From Chiloscyllium plagiosum (Eukaryota), in the NCBI RefSeq assembly GCF_004010195.1, contig NC_057750.1, positions 6,180,438-6,244,437 on the forward strand: a stretch of 64,000 nt of DNA, read 5' to 3'. The notes below the pieces were generated by a model. That model had not been told where the DNA came from. It was given only the letters and a program-made list of their open reading frames with translations, and did no database searches. Each line of letters starts with the position of its first letter. Positions within the stretch are counted from its first letter, which is position 1. The translations under genes were made by a program, and so were the position numbers. Positions 35,955 to 48,902 of this stretch are shown here, piece after piece.

Positions 35955-36467
35955 GAGTCACAGAGTCATAGAGATGTACAGCACGGAAACAGACCCTTCG
36001 GTCCAACTCGCCCAAACCAACCAGATATCCCAACCCAATCTCGTCCTACCTGCCAGCGCCCAAGCCCATATCCCTTCAAACCCTTCCTATTCATATACAC
36101 ATCCAAATGCCTCTTAACTGTTGCAACTGTACCAGCCTCCACCACATCCTCTGGCAACTCATTCCATACACATACCCTTTCCGATAGGAAGGAGACCAGA
36201 ATTGCACTCAATATTCCAAACGTGGCCTAACCAATGTCCTGTACAGTCGCAACATGACCTCCCGACTCCTGTACTCAATACTCTGACCAATAAAGGAAAG
36301 CATACCAAACGCCTTCTTCACTATCCTATCTACTTGCGACTCCACTTTCAAGCAGCTATGAACCTGCGCTCCAAGGTCTCTTTGTTCAGCAACACTCCCT
36401 AGGACCTTACCATTATGTGTACAAGTCCTGCTAAGATTTGCTTTCCCAAAATGCAGCACCTCGCATC
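35955..36467 (-). mobile_element. CR1 (HER1-type) LINE 3' fragment, internally deleted
   Basis: CEVLHFGKAN...RDLG.QVH...LYRTLVRPRLEY and the family 3' end. Confidence 0.88.
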
Positions 36468-39400
36468 TTCTAGCAATGCTTGCTTTGATTTCAAACTTCC
36501 AGCATCTGTAATTTTTTACACTCCTATCCCAGGTTTTCTCTTTTTCCTTTCTTCCAGTGGCTTTCACTTCTGGCTTTTTACTTACTAATCCTCACATTTA
36601 TCCTGCATTCCCTTCCATACTTCTCAAACTTGGTGGTTTCCTGTATACTGGGCCTCAAGTCCCTCCCTTGGGATTTTGTGATTAAGGCTATGGCAGTGGG
36701 AGATGAATGATAATGATAACAAGAGTCAAGTTAACTTCCCCACTTTACCTCCCAAACTTAGCACATTGTAGGTAGTTCCCAGGTGGTGAATGAGTTCTAT
36801 CTTTTGAGTCCATTTGCAAGTCAATTTGCATACAAGTCACAACACAATGCAAGGCGATGTAAAACAGCCATTAGTAACTACCAGGAAACTTTCACTTGTT
36901 AGATCTTTAAAATTATACCCCTGTGTGAGATAGTGTTCTTTTAAGTACAAATGTTTACAAGTTGTGACTCCCTGTACTCTGCACTGTATCTTGAAGGATA
37001 CACTCAACTGGAACAAGCCTGACACTGACCAGGTATCACATCAACACAGGAGATAATTTCTAGAACATAGAACATAGAACAATACAGCACAGAACAGGCC
37101 CTTCGGCCCACGATGTTGTGCCGAACATTTGTCCTAGCTTAAGCACCCATCCATGTACCTGTCCAATTGCCGCTTAAAGGTCACCAAAGATTCTGGCTCT
37201 ACCACTCCCACAGGCAGCGCATTCCATGCCCCCACCACTCTCTGGGTAAAGAACCCACCCTTGACATCTCCCCTATACCTTCCACTCTTCACCTTAAATT
37301 TATGTCCCCTTGTAACACTCTGAATGTGATGGCACCGCCCCATCCCCAACCTGGATGCACCTCATAAACCCTTGCTCCAACATGGTAAAAGTCAGGCCTT
37401 AAGTCTTTGATTATTCCAGTACTAGAAGGGTACTTTATGTTGAATTTTTAAATCATACTTACCCCATTCCATTCCAGCCCCATACTCACTTCCTCGCAGC
37501 CATCTGGCCCATTTGCAAACATCACAGTGGTGGCATCCAGGTAGTCACAGGGGAAGGGCTGCCTCCAGGGACCAGTGTTAGGTGTGTTGCCTGGTACCTA
37601 TACAGGAACACAGATAGATTAGTAAGTGGGCATTGCTGACACCAGGGACAGGTGCCATGCTTCCATGTCACTTCAAATAACTGGACACATTTGTATTCAC
37701 GTGCCCTTTTGATAGATATACCTGGGGGGTGTATATCTGTATTTCTGGAATGTGGGCAATGACGACAAGGCCAGCATTTGCTGCCCATCCCTAACTGCCC
37801 TTGAACTGAGTGGCTTCCTTGGCTATTTCAAAGGGCAGTTAAGCATCAACCACATCGCTGTGGCTTGGAGTCTCGGACAGCAAGGCAGATTTTCTTCCTT
37901 AAAGATGGGTTTTTAATGACAATCAACAGTCATTATTGTTCAGAGTAACTTCCAATTACAGATTTGCTCTTAATTGAACTTAAAATCCACCAGGATTTGA
38001 ACCTATTTCCCTGGAACATTAGCATTGGCCTTTGGATTAATAGCACAGTCAGGGTGGAAACTACAATGCCACAGTTTGCCCTCTATGCCCGCAGTTAGGG
38101 AAGGAGTAAACAAATAAAATCCAATAAGGAAGCAAAAAGGAAGTATGTGACAGCAAGCAGTGAAAGAATGAACCTGCATTTTGTTCGTGCCTTTCACAGA
38201 CTTGGCATGGTCCAAAGGCGACGAAGTACAGGCACACTGAAGGTTGGTGATGACATGCCACTATTGTGATCAGTGGGCCAAGATACAGGCTGACCAGTAA
38301 CTGAGCAACTATATTCAGTGGGAGAGGATTACATCCTGTGTTTGTGACCCTTGTGCTGTGTAGCTCTTGACACAGTTACAGCACTATTTGTGGCAGTATG
38401 CAAGGCTTGTTCAGTCTCCATTTAATTCAAGGTAAATGATTCCTTCTCAGTGTCTGATTACTCTGTTGTCTTAACATAATTAATTTCTGCGGTACATTTA
38501 AGTGTCATCCAGTCACACATACCTGGGTAATTAATAAGTGTGTCTCTTTAGTATCTAGATTAGATACATTTACCCAACACGGACTACAGAAGATAATTGC
38601 ACCAACTCTACAGTTTTCTCTTAAATGCAGGTGTCATCTGGTATTGGAGTACAACAAGACGATACTCTTCTATCTCCCTCAAATGCAAGTCTCAATAGTA
38701 AGTTGGCTATTCAACAAGAAGGGCTTCACTGCTTAGCCCAAAGTCTATCTGTCCATCTTGCATCTAGGGAGGAGGAATTGTCACTGGACATGGTTTAGGA
38801 GCAGGTATCATGACTTTTTTCCCCCACAGTCCTGGTACAGGAAGGCTAAAACAAACATGGTTGCCCAAGCTGGATTACCCGGGCTCAGTATTTCCTTCTG
38901 GTATCCACGGTTCAGTTCGACACTTGATAGCTCGGCGTTGTTTCTCTGCACTGCCCTGCAGGAAGGGCGAACTCACTAGATGGCATAGGTTTAAGGGGAG
39001 GAGTAGGTGGCTTGGAGGGGACCCGAGGAAATCTTTTTTACCCAGATGGTGGCAGAAATATGGAGTGTGCTGTCTGAGGTGGTGGTGTGGGCAGGTACTC
39101 TCGCAGCATTTAAGCAGCATCTGGATGAGCACTTAAAAGCCAAGGCATAGCTGGCTATGGACCAAGTGCAGGTAAGTGGAATTAATGTAGTCAGGGGTTT
39201 GTTGATTGGTATAGACATGGTGGGCTGAAGGGACTGTTTCTATGATGTACAAATCCATTACTGTGGCTTTGGAAGATGTGCAGTGTACATTCACCAAAGA
39301 AAAGGGAGATTATGGGGTTAGATAATGAGCACAGCTTGCACAGACTAAGATAGCATTCCCGGGAGTATAAAAGATTAAAGCAGTGGCGTAATTGATTAAA

Positions 39401-39678
39401 GGTGATTAAAAACTTTCCCAGTATTGAGAGAGAAACTAGTTGCTGAGCAGATGGGCAAAGAAGTTGAAAACAAGGGGGCATTAGCTTAAAACTGGAGCCA
39501 GGCTATTCAGGGGTGATGTCAGGAAGATCTTCTTCACCCAGAACAGAGTGGAAACCTGGAACTCTTTCCCCTAAACTGAAAAGTCACAGGTGGAATGATA
39601 ATTGAAGGCCAAATGGAGCCACACTGCAGGTTAACTAAGGGACAATGGACTCAAGGGGCCAAATGATCGTCTGTTTCT

Positions 39679-40408
39679 TGTGTGAACCCAAAGGGCTGAA
39701 TCATGAGGGGAAACGCCAACACCGGAGTCATGAGCTTAATCATTTATTTGTGGCAATACTGGGGCTTTAAGAGGTGAGTTTTGTCTTCATTTATTTTAGA
39801 GAGAGACTAGGGGACAGGTGACAAACAGTCTATGAGAAGATAAACAAATTGTGAAACTTTGGATTTTTTTTCCCCCAAGAAGAGCCAGAAGAATAGAAGC
39901 AGCCTGAATGGGTGTGGTCAAGCTCCCATAGAACCAGGGATTTTAGGTTTAGCTAACCCTAGCTGTTGTTGCTGGGGTCTCAGCAGGGCTGGATGGCAAT
40001 GAATCTCTCCTGGCTGCTACACTCTGTCTTTCTCTTCCTGAGTTTTCTTTGGATGTTTTTCGTCTTGAGTTGCTGCAGGAGTTGCTTGTGAGACAATTCT
40101 GTTTTCTGAATATGCCTTTTGCCAAAGTTGTGTTTATGGGATGTTACTATATTGAAAAAGTTACTGTTTAGTAGTAAAATAATCTATTATTCTGATAAGT
40201 TTTCCAACAGAGTTAAATTATTCCAAGTTCCTCTCTCTTTCGTTGTATTTTAACTAGTGTTTGAATAAACTGTGGCTTGCCTAATGTCAAGGATTTGACT
40301 AATCGAATTGCATCTGGAACACAGCACCTCACATTTACTTTTAAAATAAGTAGTTAGGGTGTAGGCTACCTTAATATATTTTAAGGGGGTCTGGTCTGGT
40401 TCACAACA
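39679..40408 (+). mobile_element. Probable solo LTR
   Basis: Begins tgtgtgaacc and ends ggttcacaaca (TG...CA with short inverted termini); internal AATAAA near 40264; no clear target-site duplication. Confidence 0.45.
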
Positions 40409-40599
40409 CATTTGATGAAAAGCTGACCTTGCCAGTCACAACTGGCAGCATGCACTGGTCCTGCCATTTACTGTGTGATCTGACACTGAGATGGAAAAGG
40501 ACGGCAACAATTTGGGACCAATTCCCAGGAGAATTACCACATCAGTTTCAGGATAAACAAAGTGGCAACTAGAACTGGGTCAGGGCTGGTTACAACTAC

Positions 40600-40705
40600 C
40601 TTCAGCGTAGAACCTGGGTCCCTTTTGTTGTGGATCAGAACAATCTCAGTCCCTTCCTTTTGTAACTGCAGAGTTCTGTCACCATCGGGTAGTCCTGCTG
40701 TGTCA
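40600..40705 (-). CDS. Putative degenerate KLC TPR6-position exon (106 bp): (S)DTAGLPDGDRTLQLQKEGTEIVLIHNKRDPGSTLK
   Basis: tacccttttcAG acceptor, AAG|GTAGTT donor, phase 2 to 0, stop-free, completes the Ser codon begun by the 68-bp exon. The canonical exon at this position is about 109 bp with the same phases (from memory). TPR consensus is lost. Confidence 0.5.
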
Positions 40706-41266
40706 CTGAAAAGGGTAGATTCTGTCAATGTTTAAATCCAGCTTCTAGTTAAGAGAACAAAAACATTATTAGCACACATTTCGCATTATAATGCAAATGA
40801 TCCCAGCTCCCATTCCCGTCATCATTCCGATAAACTCTCCCCTGCCATTGTGAGGAAGACATAAGCCTTGGATCAGACATAGGGTGGTTGGTCGGCTTTC
40901 ACATTGCATTTCTCTCTGTGCTCTGCTCGATGTTAACAGAACCCAGAGGTCTGCACACAATAATGTAAAAACCAACAGTAAAATATTTCTGAGGCGCTGG
41001 ATTCTTTTGCTGGAGGGGTTTGACAATACCAAGAACAAACAGCTTGGTTTCCAACAGAAATTGTGAGAATCATAGCAGCACAAAGCCACAGAGATCGAAT
41101 ATGCAGGACTTGCCAATGTGGATTCTCACTATGTCTTTCCACCCCCTTGACTGAATTCTGACAATTTGAACTTTTCATCAACTACAGAGAATAGTTAAAA
41201 ATCTTACTTGGGTTCCCACAATAGCAAAATGAGATGATATTGAAAGTGAAGCTGAAGTAAGAGTAC

Positions 41267-41334
41267 CTGGAGGCTGTGCAGTAGACTGAAGACTCAAGAT
41301 GCTCCCAGTAGCTGTCCGCAGGAGTTAGTCTGCC
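41267..41334 (-). CDS. Putative divergent KLC linker exon (68 bp): GRLTPADSYWEHLESSVYCTAS(S)
   Basis: ttttcttacatttAG acceptor, AG|GTACTC donor, phase 0 to 2. Same length as KLC1 GKQKDGTSFGEYGGWYKACKVD(S); G, S, E, C and the split Ser align without gaps, plus K/R, F/Y and Y/H. Confidence 0.6.
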
Positions 41335-41460
41335 CTAAATGTAAGAAAATGCGGAATCCTCTTCAAAGGGTCCCATTTCATTTACACTTGGCAGCAAGAA
41401 AGGAAAGGTGAGCTAGTGGGAGGAAAGAAATAGAGCAAAAGACAGAGAGAAGCAGACACA

Positions 41461-41463
<3 letters not shown>

Positions 41464-41525
<62 letters not shown>
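41464..41525. repeat. (GA)n microsatellite
   Basis: Direct reading. Confidence 0.97.
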
Positions 41526-41529
<4 letters not shown>

Positions 41530-42999
41530 CCAAGCAAGGAAGTGAGATGAGACACAAACAGAAGAGAACTTGCTGTGAGTAAACTGTCAGGTAGCTATCT
41601 CAACTGACCAAGATACTCTCATCAGTTCCTAATACTATCAGAAGTAACCCGGAGGACATGCAAAAGTGGGAAAGATTACATCATGGCCAATGCTTCTCTT
41701 GCAACCAACAGTTTAACTCGTGATGCTGCTTTGTATCATTGGGTTGCAAGCAAAACAGTCATCATATCTAATTATGTAAGCTAATCACTTCACAATAATT
41801 CACTATCCATTAAGAAATTTGGAGTATGCAAGAGAAATGATAAAATGCTTAATAAACGGAGAGGAAACTACATGTTTATCAGGGAACCATATCACTTTCT
41901 ACTCAACACTCCCCCGTTGTCTCAGCAGGTATAAAGATTAAAAGGTGATCTGACTGAGATGTTTAAAGATGGTTAAAAGTATTTAACAAGGAAAGAGAGC
42001 AACCAGTGCGTCTGGTAGACAAAGTCCAGGACAAGGGGGTGTGAGCGTAAAATTACAGCCAGGTTCGGAAGGAGTCTGAAGGTGGTAGTATCCCTACCTC
42101 TGAGCCGGAAAGTCCAGGTTCAATTCCCAGCTGCTGCAAAACACCTGAAGAGGTTGATTTAAAAGCATCTCCAGCCAGCATGCTCAAGGGTAAAGTCAGA
42201 AAGCTTTGTGGGCAATGCTCTTCTTTAAAAGTTGTTGAGGCAGGGTGGGGGGATTCAATGGAAAATGTCGACAAATAGATTTTTCTTGGGGAGAAATGAA
42301 ACCCACAGCAGTAAGTTGAGTTGAGTTATAGATCAATCATGATCCCGTTGAAAGGTAGTAGAGGTGAGTGTGCTTGAAGGGCCCTTTTCTGTTCCCAAGA
42401 ATCCTTTTTCATCTTTATTTTGGGCAAATAAAAGTTAGAATAAAATATTCCATTAAAAAAAACTTTGCAAAATAATAGTTAAAAATCGTCACAAGGTATG
42501 CCAGTTGGAATTGTATTACTGCCACATCAGAGACAAAGTGCCGAAATATAAGGAATCAGTTTTTCACAATGAGCTTCCAGCAACAACACTGCTGTCCCAG
42601 CTATTTGCAAGGGTTGAATGGCAATGAGAGTGGAGTCTTGCTGCAGACCGCAAAGCTGCGAGCTTTACAGCACCGATCCTAACTTTACAATTCAGTTCAG
42701 AGAAACAGATTAAAATGTACTGTGTGCAGATCTCCCGCTAGCTGCTCTTGGGTGCAGACAATTGCATGCCCAAACCTCAAGAGCAACATCAGCTGGGGGC
42801 CCATATTCCACTGTGGATTTAGTCAAGCGCAAAGGACAATCTGTTCAAACATCTATTTCTTAATATCCAAATGTTTTACACTACCTGCTCCCTGTATTGT
42901 ATTCAAGACTATCTCACTTTTCCCTACCTTTCCAGGATCCTTAAACAGAGTCTTCTCATCATTCTTACTCTTCCATCCCACTTCTAATCTGCAGATAGA

Positions 43000-43692
43000 C
43001 TGAGTCAGAGATGTACAGCACAGAAACTGACCCTTTGGTCCAACCCACCATGCCCATCAGATATCCCAACCCAATCTAGTCCCACCTGCCAGCACCCGGC
43101 CCATATCCCTCCAAACCCATCCTATTCATATACCCATCCAGATGTCTTTTAAATGTTGCAATTGTACCAGCCTCCACCACTTCCTCTGGCAGCTCATTCC
43201 ATACACGCACCACCCTCTGAGTGAAAAGGTTGCCCCTTGTATCTTTCCCCTCTCACCCTAAACCTATGCCCTCTAGTTCTGGACTCCCCCACACCAGGGA
43301 AAAGACTTCGTCTATTTATCCTATCCACGCCCCTCATGATTTTATAAACCTTTATAAGGTCATCCCTCAGCCCCCGACGCTCCAGGGAAAACAGCTTTTT
43401 TAAAATCTCCCTATAGCTCAAATCCACCAACCCTGGCAACATCCTTGTAAATCTTTTCTGAGCCCTTTCAAGTTTCACACCATCTTTCCGATAGGGAGGA
43501 GACCAGAATTGCATGCAATATTCCAACAGAAGCCTAACCAATGTCCTCTACAGCCGTAACATGACCTCCCAACCCCTGTACTCAGTACTCTGACCAATAA
43601 AGGAAAACATATCAAATGCCTTCTTCACTATCCTATCTACCTGCAACTCCACTCTCAAGGAGCTATGAACCTGCACTCCAAGGTCTCTTTGG
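43000..43692 (-). mobile_element. CR1 (HER1-type) LINE 3' fragment
   Basis: LLEYCMQFWSP...KLERAQKRFTRMLPGL...VYKIMRG and the family 3' end. Confidence 0.9.
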
Positions 43693-44296
43693 TTTGAAGA
43701 TCATGACAAACAGGAGCAGGGATAGACCATTTAATCTAGCAGGCCTGTTCCAACATTTGAAAAATCATGACAGATCTATTTGAAGCCTTAACTCAACTTT
43801 GGTGTTTGCCCCCATAATGCCGTCTGCTCTGTGGTGTCAGTTTAATTCAGCCTTGAATATATTCAGTGCCCCAGCCACCATTGCTTTTTGAGGTAGAGAA
43901 TTCCAAAGGTCAATGACTCTCAGAAGAAATTCCTTCTCATCTGCCACTTAATAGGGAGAACGTCTTTAGTTTTAAGCTGTATCCGTAGTTGTAAATCTCC
44001 ACCATGAAGAGAAACACCCTGACAGTACCTACCTTGCCAAGCTCCCCTTAAGAATTTTACATTTCAATAAGATCACCTCTCATTCTTCAAATCTCCAAAG
44101 AGTAAAGACTCAAAACACATTCAATCTTTCCTTACAAAGCAATTCCCTCACATCTCAGGAATTAGCCGAGTGAATTGCTTCCTATATAAATTTACTTGTT
44201 CTTATGTCATCTGTTGGCCTATGGTTTTCTTTCCCCAAAACAAGTAGCGGTCACACTGTGGAGCTAAAACTTCATTTACTAGTCTCATTTAGAACT

Positions 44297-44550
44297 AGGT
44301 TGAGGGTGAGAGAGGGGAAAGATGTAAAAGAGACCTAAGGGACAACTTTTTCATGCAGAAGGTGGTTCGTATATGGAATGAGCTGCCAGAGGAAGTGGTG
44401 GAGGCTGGTACAATTGCAACATTTAAAAAGGCATCTGGATGGGTATATGAATAGGAAGGGTTTGGAGAGATATGGGCTGGGTGCTGGCAGGTGGAGTTGG
44501 GATATCTGGTTGGCATGGACTAGTTGGGCCGAAGGGTCTGTTTTTGAGCT
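44297..44550 (+). mobile_element. CR1 (HER1-type) LINE 3' end
   Basis: ggaatgagctgccagaggaagtggtggaggctgg...gggtctgttt...catctcta. Confidence 0.88.
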
Positions 44551-45053
44551 GTACATCTCTACGACTCTATACTCCCTGTACCTCCAAAACCTTGAACAGT
44601 AATCAGAGCAGAGGCTCAAGCTGCTGTTGACAGTGTTAGTTATAGTTGACTTTTGAAATGAGAGTCAGGGGACTAGAATTTCCACTGCCAAATATTGGCA
44701 TCATGTAATAAAATACTTAGGATTTCTGTTTTTGGCTCTGAAAAATCAGGTGAGCTAGCCCTCAAGGGGTTCAATGACATAGTGCAGACACAGCATAAGG
44801 AAACAGCGAATTGGAGAGGAGAGTCCTGACAGGCAGAGAAAGAGGCAGTTCAAGAAACACCTTCCTAAAGTACACTAAAAAAAAGAGAAAATACAGTTAG
44901 CGTATGTCGACAAGCACAGTGATGCCAAAGTGGACTTTTGTACACTTGTACAGATTTCAGATTCTGGCAACTTGTGGGGCACTGAGTGGGTGATGTAATG
45001 TAACTTTCCTGCAATGAGAAGCCTTATTATGGGATTGTGCTGAACAATTATCA

Positions 45054-45223
45054 GGACTGCAGATGCTGGAGATCAGAATCTAGATTAGAGTGGGTGCTGG
45101 AAAAGCACAGCAGGTCTGGCAGCATTCAAGGAGCAGGAAAATTCGGCGTTTGCCCGAAACATCGATTTTCCTGCTCCTCGGATGCTGCCAGACCTGCTGC
45201 GCTTTTCCAGCACCCACTCTAAT
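45054..45223. mobile_element. Short PLE family B inverted-repeat insertion
   Basis: Arms agattagagtgggtgctggaaaag... and ...cttttccagcacccactctaatct; 14-bp duplication ctgaacaattatca (45040-45053, 45224-45237). Confidence 0.87.
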
Positions 45224-45249
45224 CTGAACAATTATCAACCTGACTGTTT

Positions 45250-45575
45250 AGGTTAGATTAGATTAGATTCCCTACAGTGTGGAAAAGGCCCTTCGGCCCA
45301 ACAGGTCCACACCGACCCTCCGAAGAGCAACCCACCCTGGCTCATTCCCCTACATTTACCCCTGACTAAAGCACCTAACACTATGGGCAATTTAGCACGG
45401 CCAATTCACTTGACCTGCACATCTTTGGACTGTGGGAGGAAACCGGAGCACCCGGAGGAAACCCACGCAGACATGGGGAGAATGTGCAAACTTCACACAG
45501 ACAGTTGCCCAAGGTGGGAATTGAACCCTGGTCCCTGGCGCTGTGAGGCAGCAGTGCTAACCACTGTGCCACTGT
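45250..45575 (-). mobile_element. HE1-type SINE, near full length
   Basis: From the (GATTA)n tail to the tRNA-like head ...gcagtgctaaccactgtgccac. Confidence 0.9.
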
Positions 45576-47776
45576 GTTGTTCCAAGTAATTTAAAGGGAC
45601 ACCAATCAGGTTGATAATTGTTCAGCACTGTACCAGAATGGAATGATTCTCATATCCAGTTACCTTGTAATGTCTCTGATCAGATTCCTGGTCTGCGCTA
45701 AGCACATTAATGTGCTGTCACAGGGGTGCTACTATCAGGCTCATTAATATCCAGTGATAAAGACTGGGAGGGTGGGGAACTCAGTGTTATTTCCCAACCA
45801 CCAAAAAGTAATCCTTCTGAAAATGTTAAGTTGGTTTTCATTGAGAAAGAACAGGAATACAAGCATGTGAGGCTATTCAGCCCCTGAGCTTGGTCTGCTA
45901 TTCAACCGGATCACGAGGAGGAAACAGAGTTGGTCTTGATGCTGTTCTTGGGGTAAAAACTGTCTCAGCACAGCAGCCAGGCCTTGACATAGAGTTGGGT
46001 GAAGAGAGGTCACCTGTCAATGGTGGGGCTGGAACTGAAATCAAAACTTTAGGGAGGCGAGGGAACTCATGAATGCCATTTGTGGGGACTGCAGCACTCT
46101 TGAGAGCATGGACAAAGCACAAGGAACACAACCACAACTGCTCAGACAGGTTGTTGTAGACTGCACCTGGCCTGCCACCACATCAGCTGATGAACAGGCA
46201 CTTTCTAACATGGGGAGACAAAGAAAATCTAAAACGGAGGCCATGGTGAGTCACTGGAATTGGCTGGCAGCGGTTAATTAGGGGACCGGCTCATGAACAC
46301 TCCAGTCTGGGTTTGGATTCAGCTCAAACAGAGAGAATGAGAACCTCTAGTTGGGAACAACCAAAGTGAATGGAGTCTCAGTCCAGCTCCTAGTGTGAAC
46401 GGTTCAATAGTGTCGCTCAGAAAAGGGACCAAATTGCCTGTGTGGGAAAATGGAAAACCAAATGAAGCCAAGGGCAGTGAAAGGAAGCTATTCTGAAGTT
46501 GAGCCAGAGCAGTGAGAGCTTCCCTTTGCATCTAACCAGAAGGGAGGCAGTGGTACAGGTTTAATTTTCCTGCATTAGTAATTCAGAGGCCAGGACTAGT
46601 GCTCTGAGGACCAGAGTTCAAATCCCGCCATAGAAGTTGATGAAATTTGATTTCAATTAATAAAACTGGAATGTAAAGCTGTTCTCAGGAATGGTCATGA
46701 TAACTATTGGGTTGATTCATGAAAACCCATCTGGCTCACCAATGTCCCATTCCTAGTACCAAGAGCCCTCACCTCGACTTGGACACAAAAACACAGTCAC
46801 ACACAGAAGTGTCAATCATCATGGGTTCTTTGTGATACAAACATTAGTGACATTTGACATGTCTTGCGGGTGGTTTGCCTGCAGATGGACACAGTATGGT
46901 ACAACCCAACCTAGATTGAGGCGAGGGTAGCAAGACAAAACACAGAATTACTTTTTTTTTTAAAAAAGTATTAGAAGCACTTTTGTACAAAACCTGTGAA
47001 AGAACAGGAAAACCTCATTACTGTTGACAGAACAACAACACTTTACAAAATAACACGTCCAAGTAGCACAAACACTGCATCAGACAAACAACTCGACTGT
47101 TATCAAATACCTACAGTAAAACAAACAAATTTTGTCAAGTGCTAAACATTGCAGAGCAGAAATTAAAACCAAATCACTTCTTTGCAGTTTGCACAGATGC
47201 AGATTAGTTTTAGATGCTTTTGACTGTTGAGTCTTGCCATTTGTGACTGAGTTGAGCTAAAGTCCTTACAATTGGGTATTTTTGTACAGTTTACGACACA
47301 TCAGTAGCTCATGCAGTTTTATCTCTACATGAATGAAATAACCGCAGAGAGGCCGTTATCCTATCACCAAGTCACCCTTTGTTTACACGTGCACAGTGCA
47401 CAAACTCTGACTAGCCACCGCAGAGGTAGTCCCTGGAGCGAGGGGACTCTCTGACACTCTTGTTTGTGTGTGTCAGCCAAGGCTCCCTGATTGAGATTGT
47501 TAACCTGGGCCAATCAAGATTCTCAGTCAATGAGATCCACCTGCCAGTGGTTCCAATCACTACAATGAAAGTCCTCCCCCACCTCATTCTATCAACATAA
47601 CCTCTATTCCTCATTGGTCCTCTAGCCATCTCTTCAAACATCAAATCTGTTCTACCTCAACTATCCAGTGTGTTAGCGAGTTCCACTCTCTGGCTTATGT
47701 TTCCCCTGAATTTCCCAATGAATTTATTGGTGGCCATTTTATAGTAATGGCTCCCTAGCTTTCAAAAATGTTACTG

Positions 47777-48215
47777 GATGGAAATTGCTGCTGTCACTCC
47801 CACCAACTCAGTGTACCATCAACTAGCCACAAAAAGACATGACCCTCTCTCACTAGTATCCTTACATACAGATGAGGAAGGACACCACTTCAACTGGGAC
47901 AACACATCCATCCTCAGACAAGCCAAACAGAGACACGCACGGGAATTCCTAGAAGCATGGCATTCCAACTGGAACTCTATCAACAAATACACTGACTTGG
48001 ATCCCATTTACCACCCCCTGAGAAAAAGAACAGGAAATGTCATCACCACAGGAAATGACATCACCACAGGACACAACATCATCAACCCAAACACAAATAG
48101 AAAGTGGGCTACACCACCAGTGCTTCATCTGGAGGCTCACTGAAGATGTTACCTAGTATGGTGACAAAACATCTGAAAATGAACCTTCCAGCTCAGTGAG
48201 CAAACCTACATCCAG
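47777..48215 (+). mobile_element. Penelope-like family A 3' fragment with decayed hammerhead (48136-48177)
   Basis: HQLATKRHDPLSLVSLHTDEEGHHFNWDNTSIL.QAKQRHAREFLEAWHS; duplication atgttactg (47768-47776, 48216-48224). Confidence 0.85.
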
Positions 48216-48564
48216 ATGTTACTGTAAAAGGTCAAGGTTATTCACAAAGTAATTTTCTACACATTAAAACGAGCTTGCCTAATTAGTCTGCATCTTGAAT
48301 GATGAAAATCTACAAGATCACTACATTGTACTTTTGTTTCTGGGAAGTATAAGCATTGTTTCATGTATCACAGCAACCACCTGGGTTTTGAACATTTGGC
48401 TTCAGTGTATGGGATGCTTGTTAAAAAACTTGAGTGGTCTGAATTTAAAACTGACCATAAACACAACCAGAAATTCTCTCCTAAACCATTTTAATCTGTG
48501 CCCTTACAATCAAACTTTACAGGATTGTGAAAGCCAGGAGCACTTCCTTACCTGTTTAATAGAA

Positions 48565-48902
48565 TAGAATTCTTACAGTGTGGAAACAGGCCTTTTGTCC
48601 CAACAAGTCCACACCCACCCTTTGAAGAATACCCCACCCAGCCCCATTCCCCTACTCTATTACTCTACACTTAACCCTAACCTACACATCCCTGAACACA
48701 ATGGGCAATTTAGCATGGCCAATCCACACTAACCTGCACATCTTTGTTCTGTGGGAGGAAACCGGAGCACCTGGAGGAGACCCACACAGACACAGGGAGA
48801 ATGTACGAACTCGATACAGGCAGTCGCCTGAGGCTGGAATCAAACCCGGGTCCCTGGCGCTGTGAGGCAACACTGTTAACCACGGAGCCACTGTGCCATC
48901 CC
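48565..48902 (-). mobile_element. HE1-type SINE
   Basis: Same family as the 45250 copy. Confidence 0.88.

Noticed and set aside
43160..43180. ttgtaccagcctcc read on the minus strand as GGWY, resembling the KLC YGGWYK exon
   Set aside because: The motif is part of the CR1 3' region, recurs in many LINE copies and lacks splice sites.
45900..46510. Coding-looking block with short ORFs in several frames
   Set aside because: No recognisable protein or phase-compatible splice sites; more likely an unclassified repeat, which I cannot confirm without a search.
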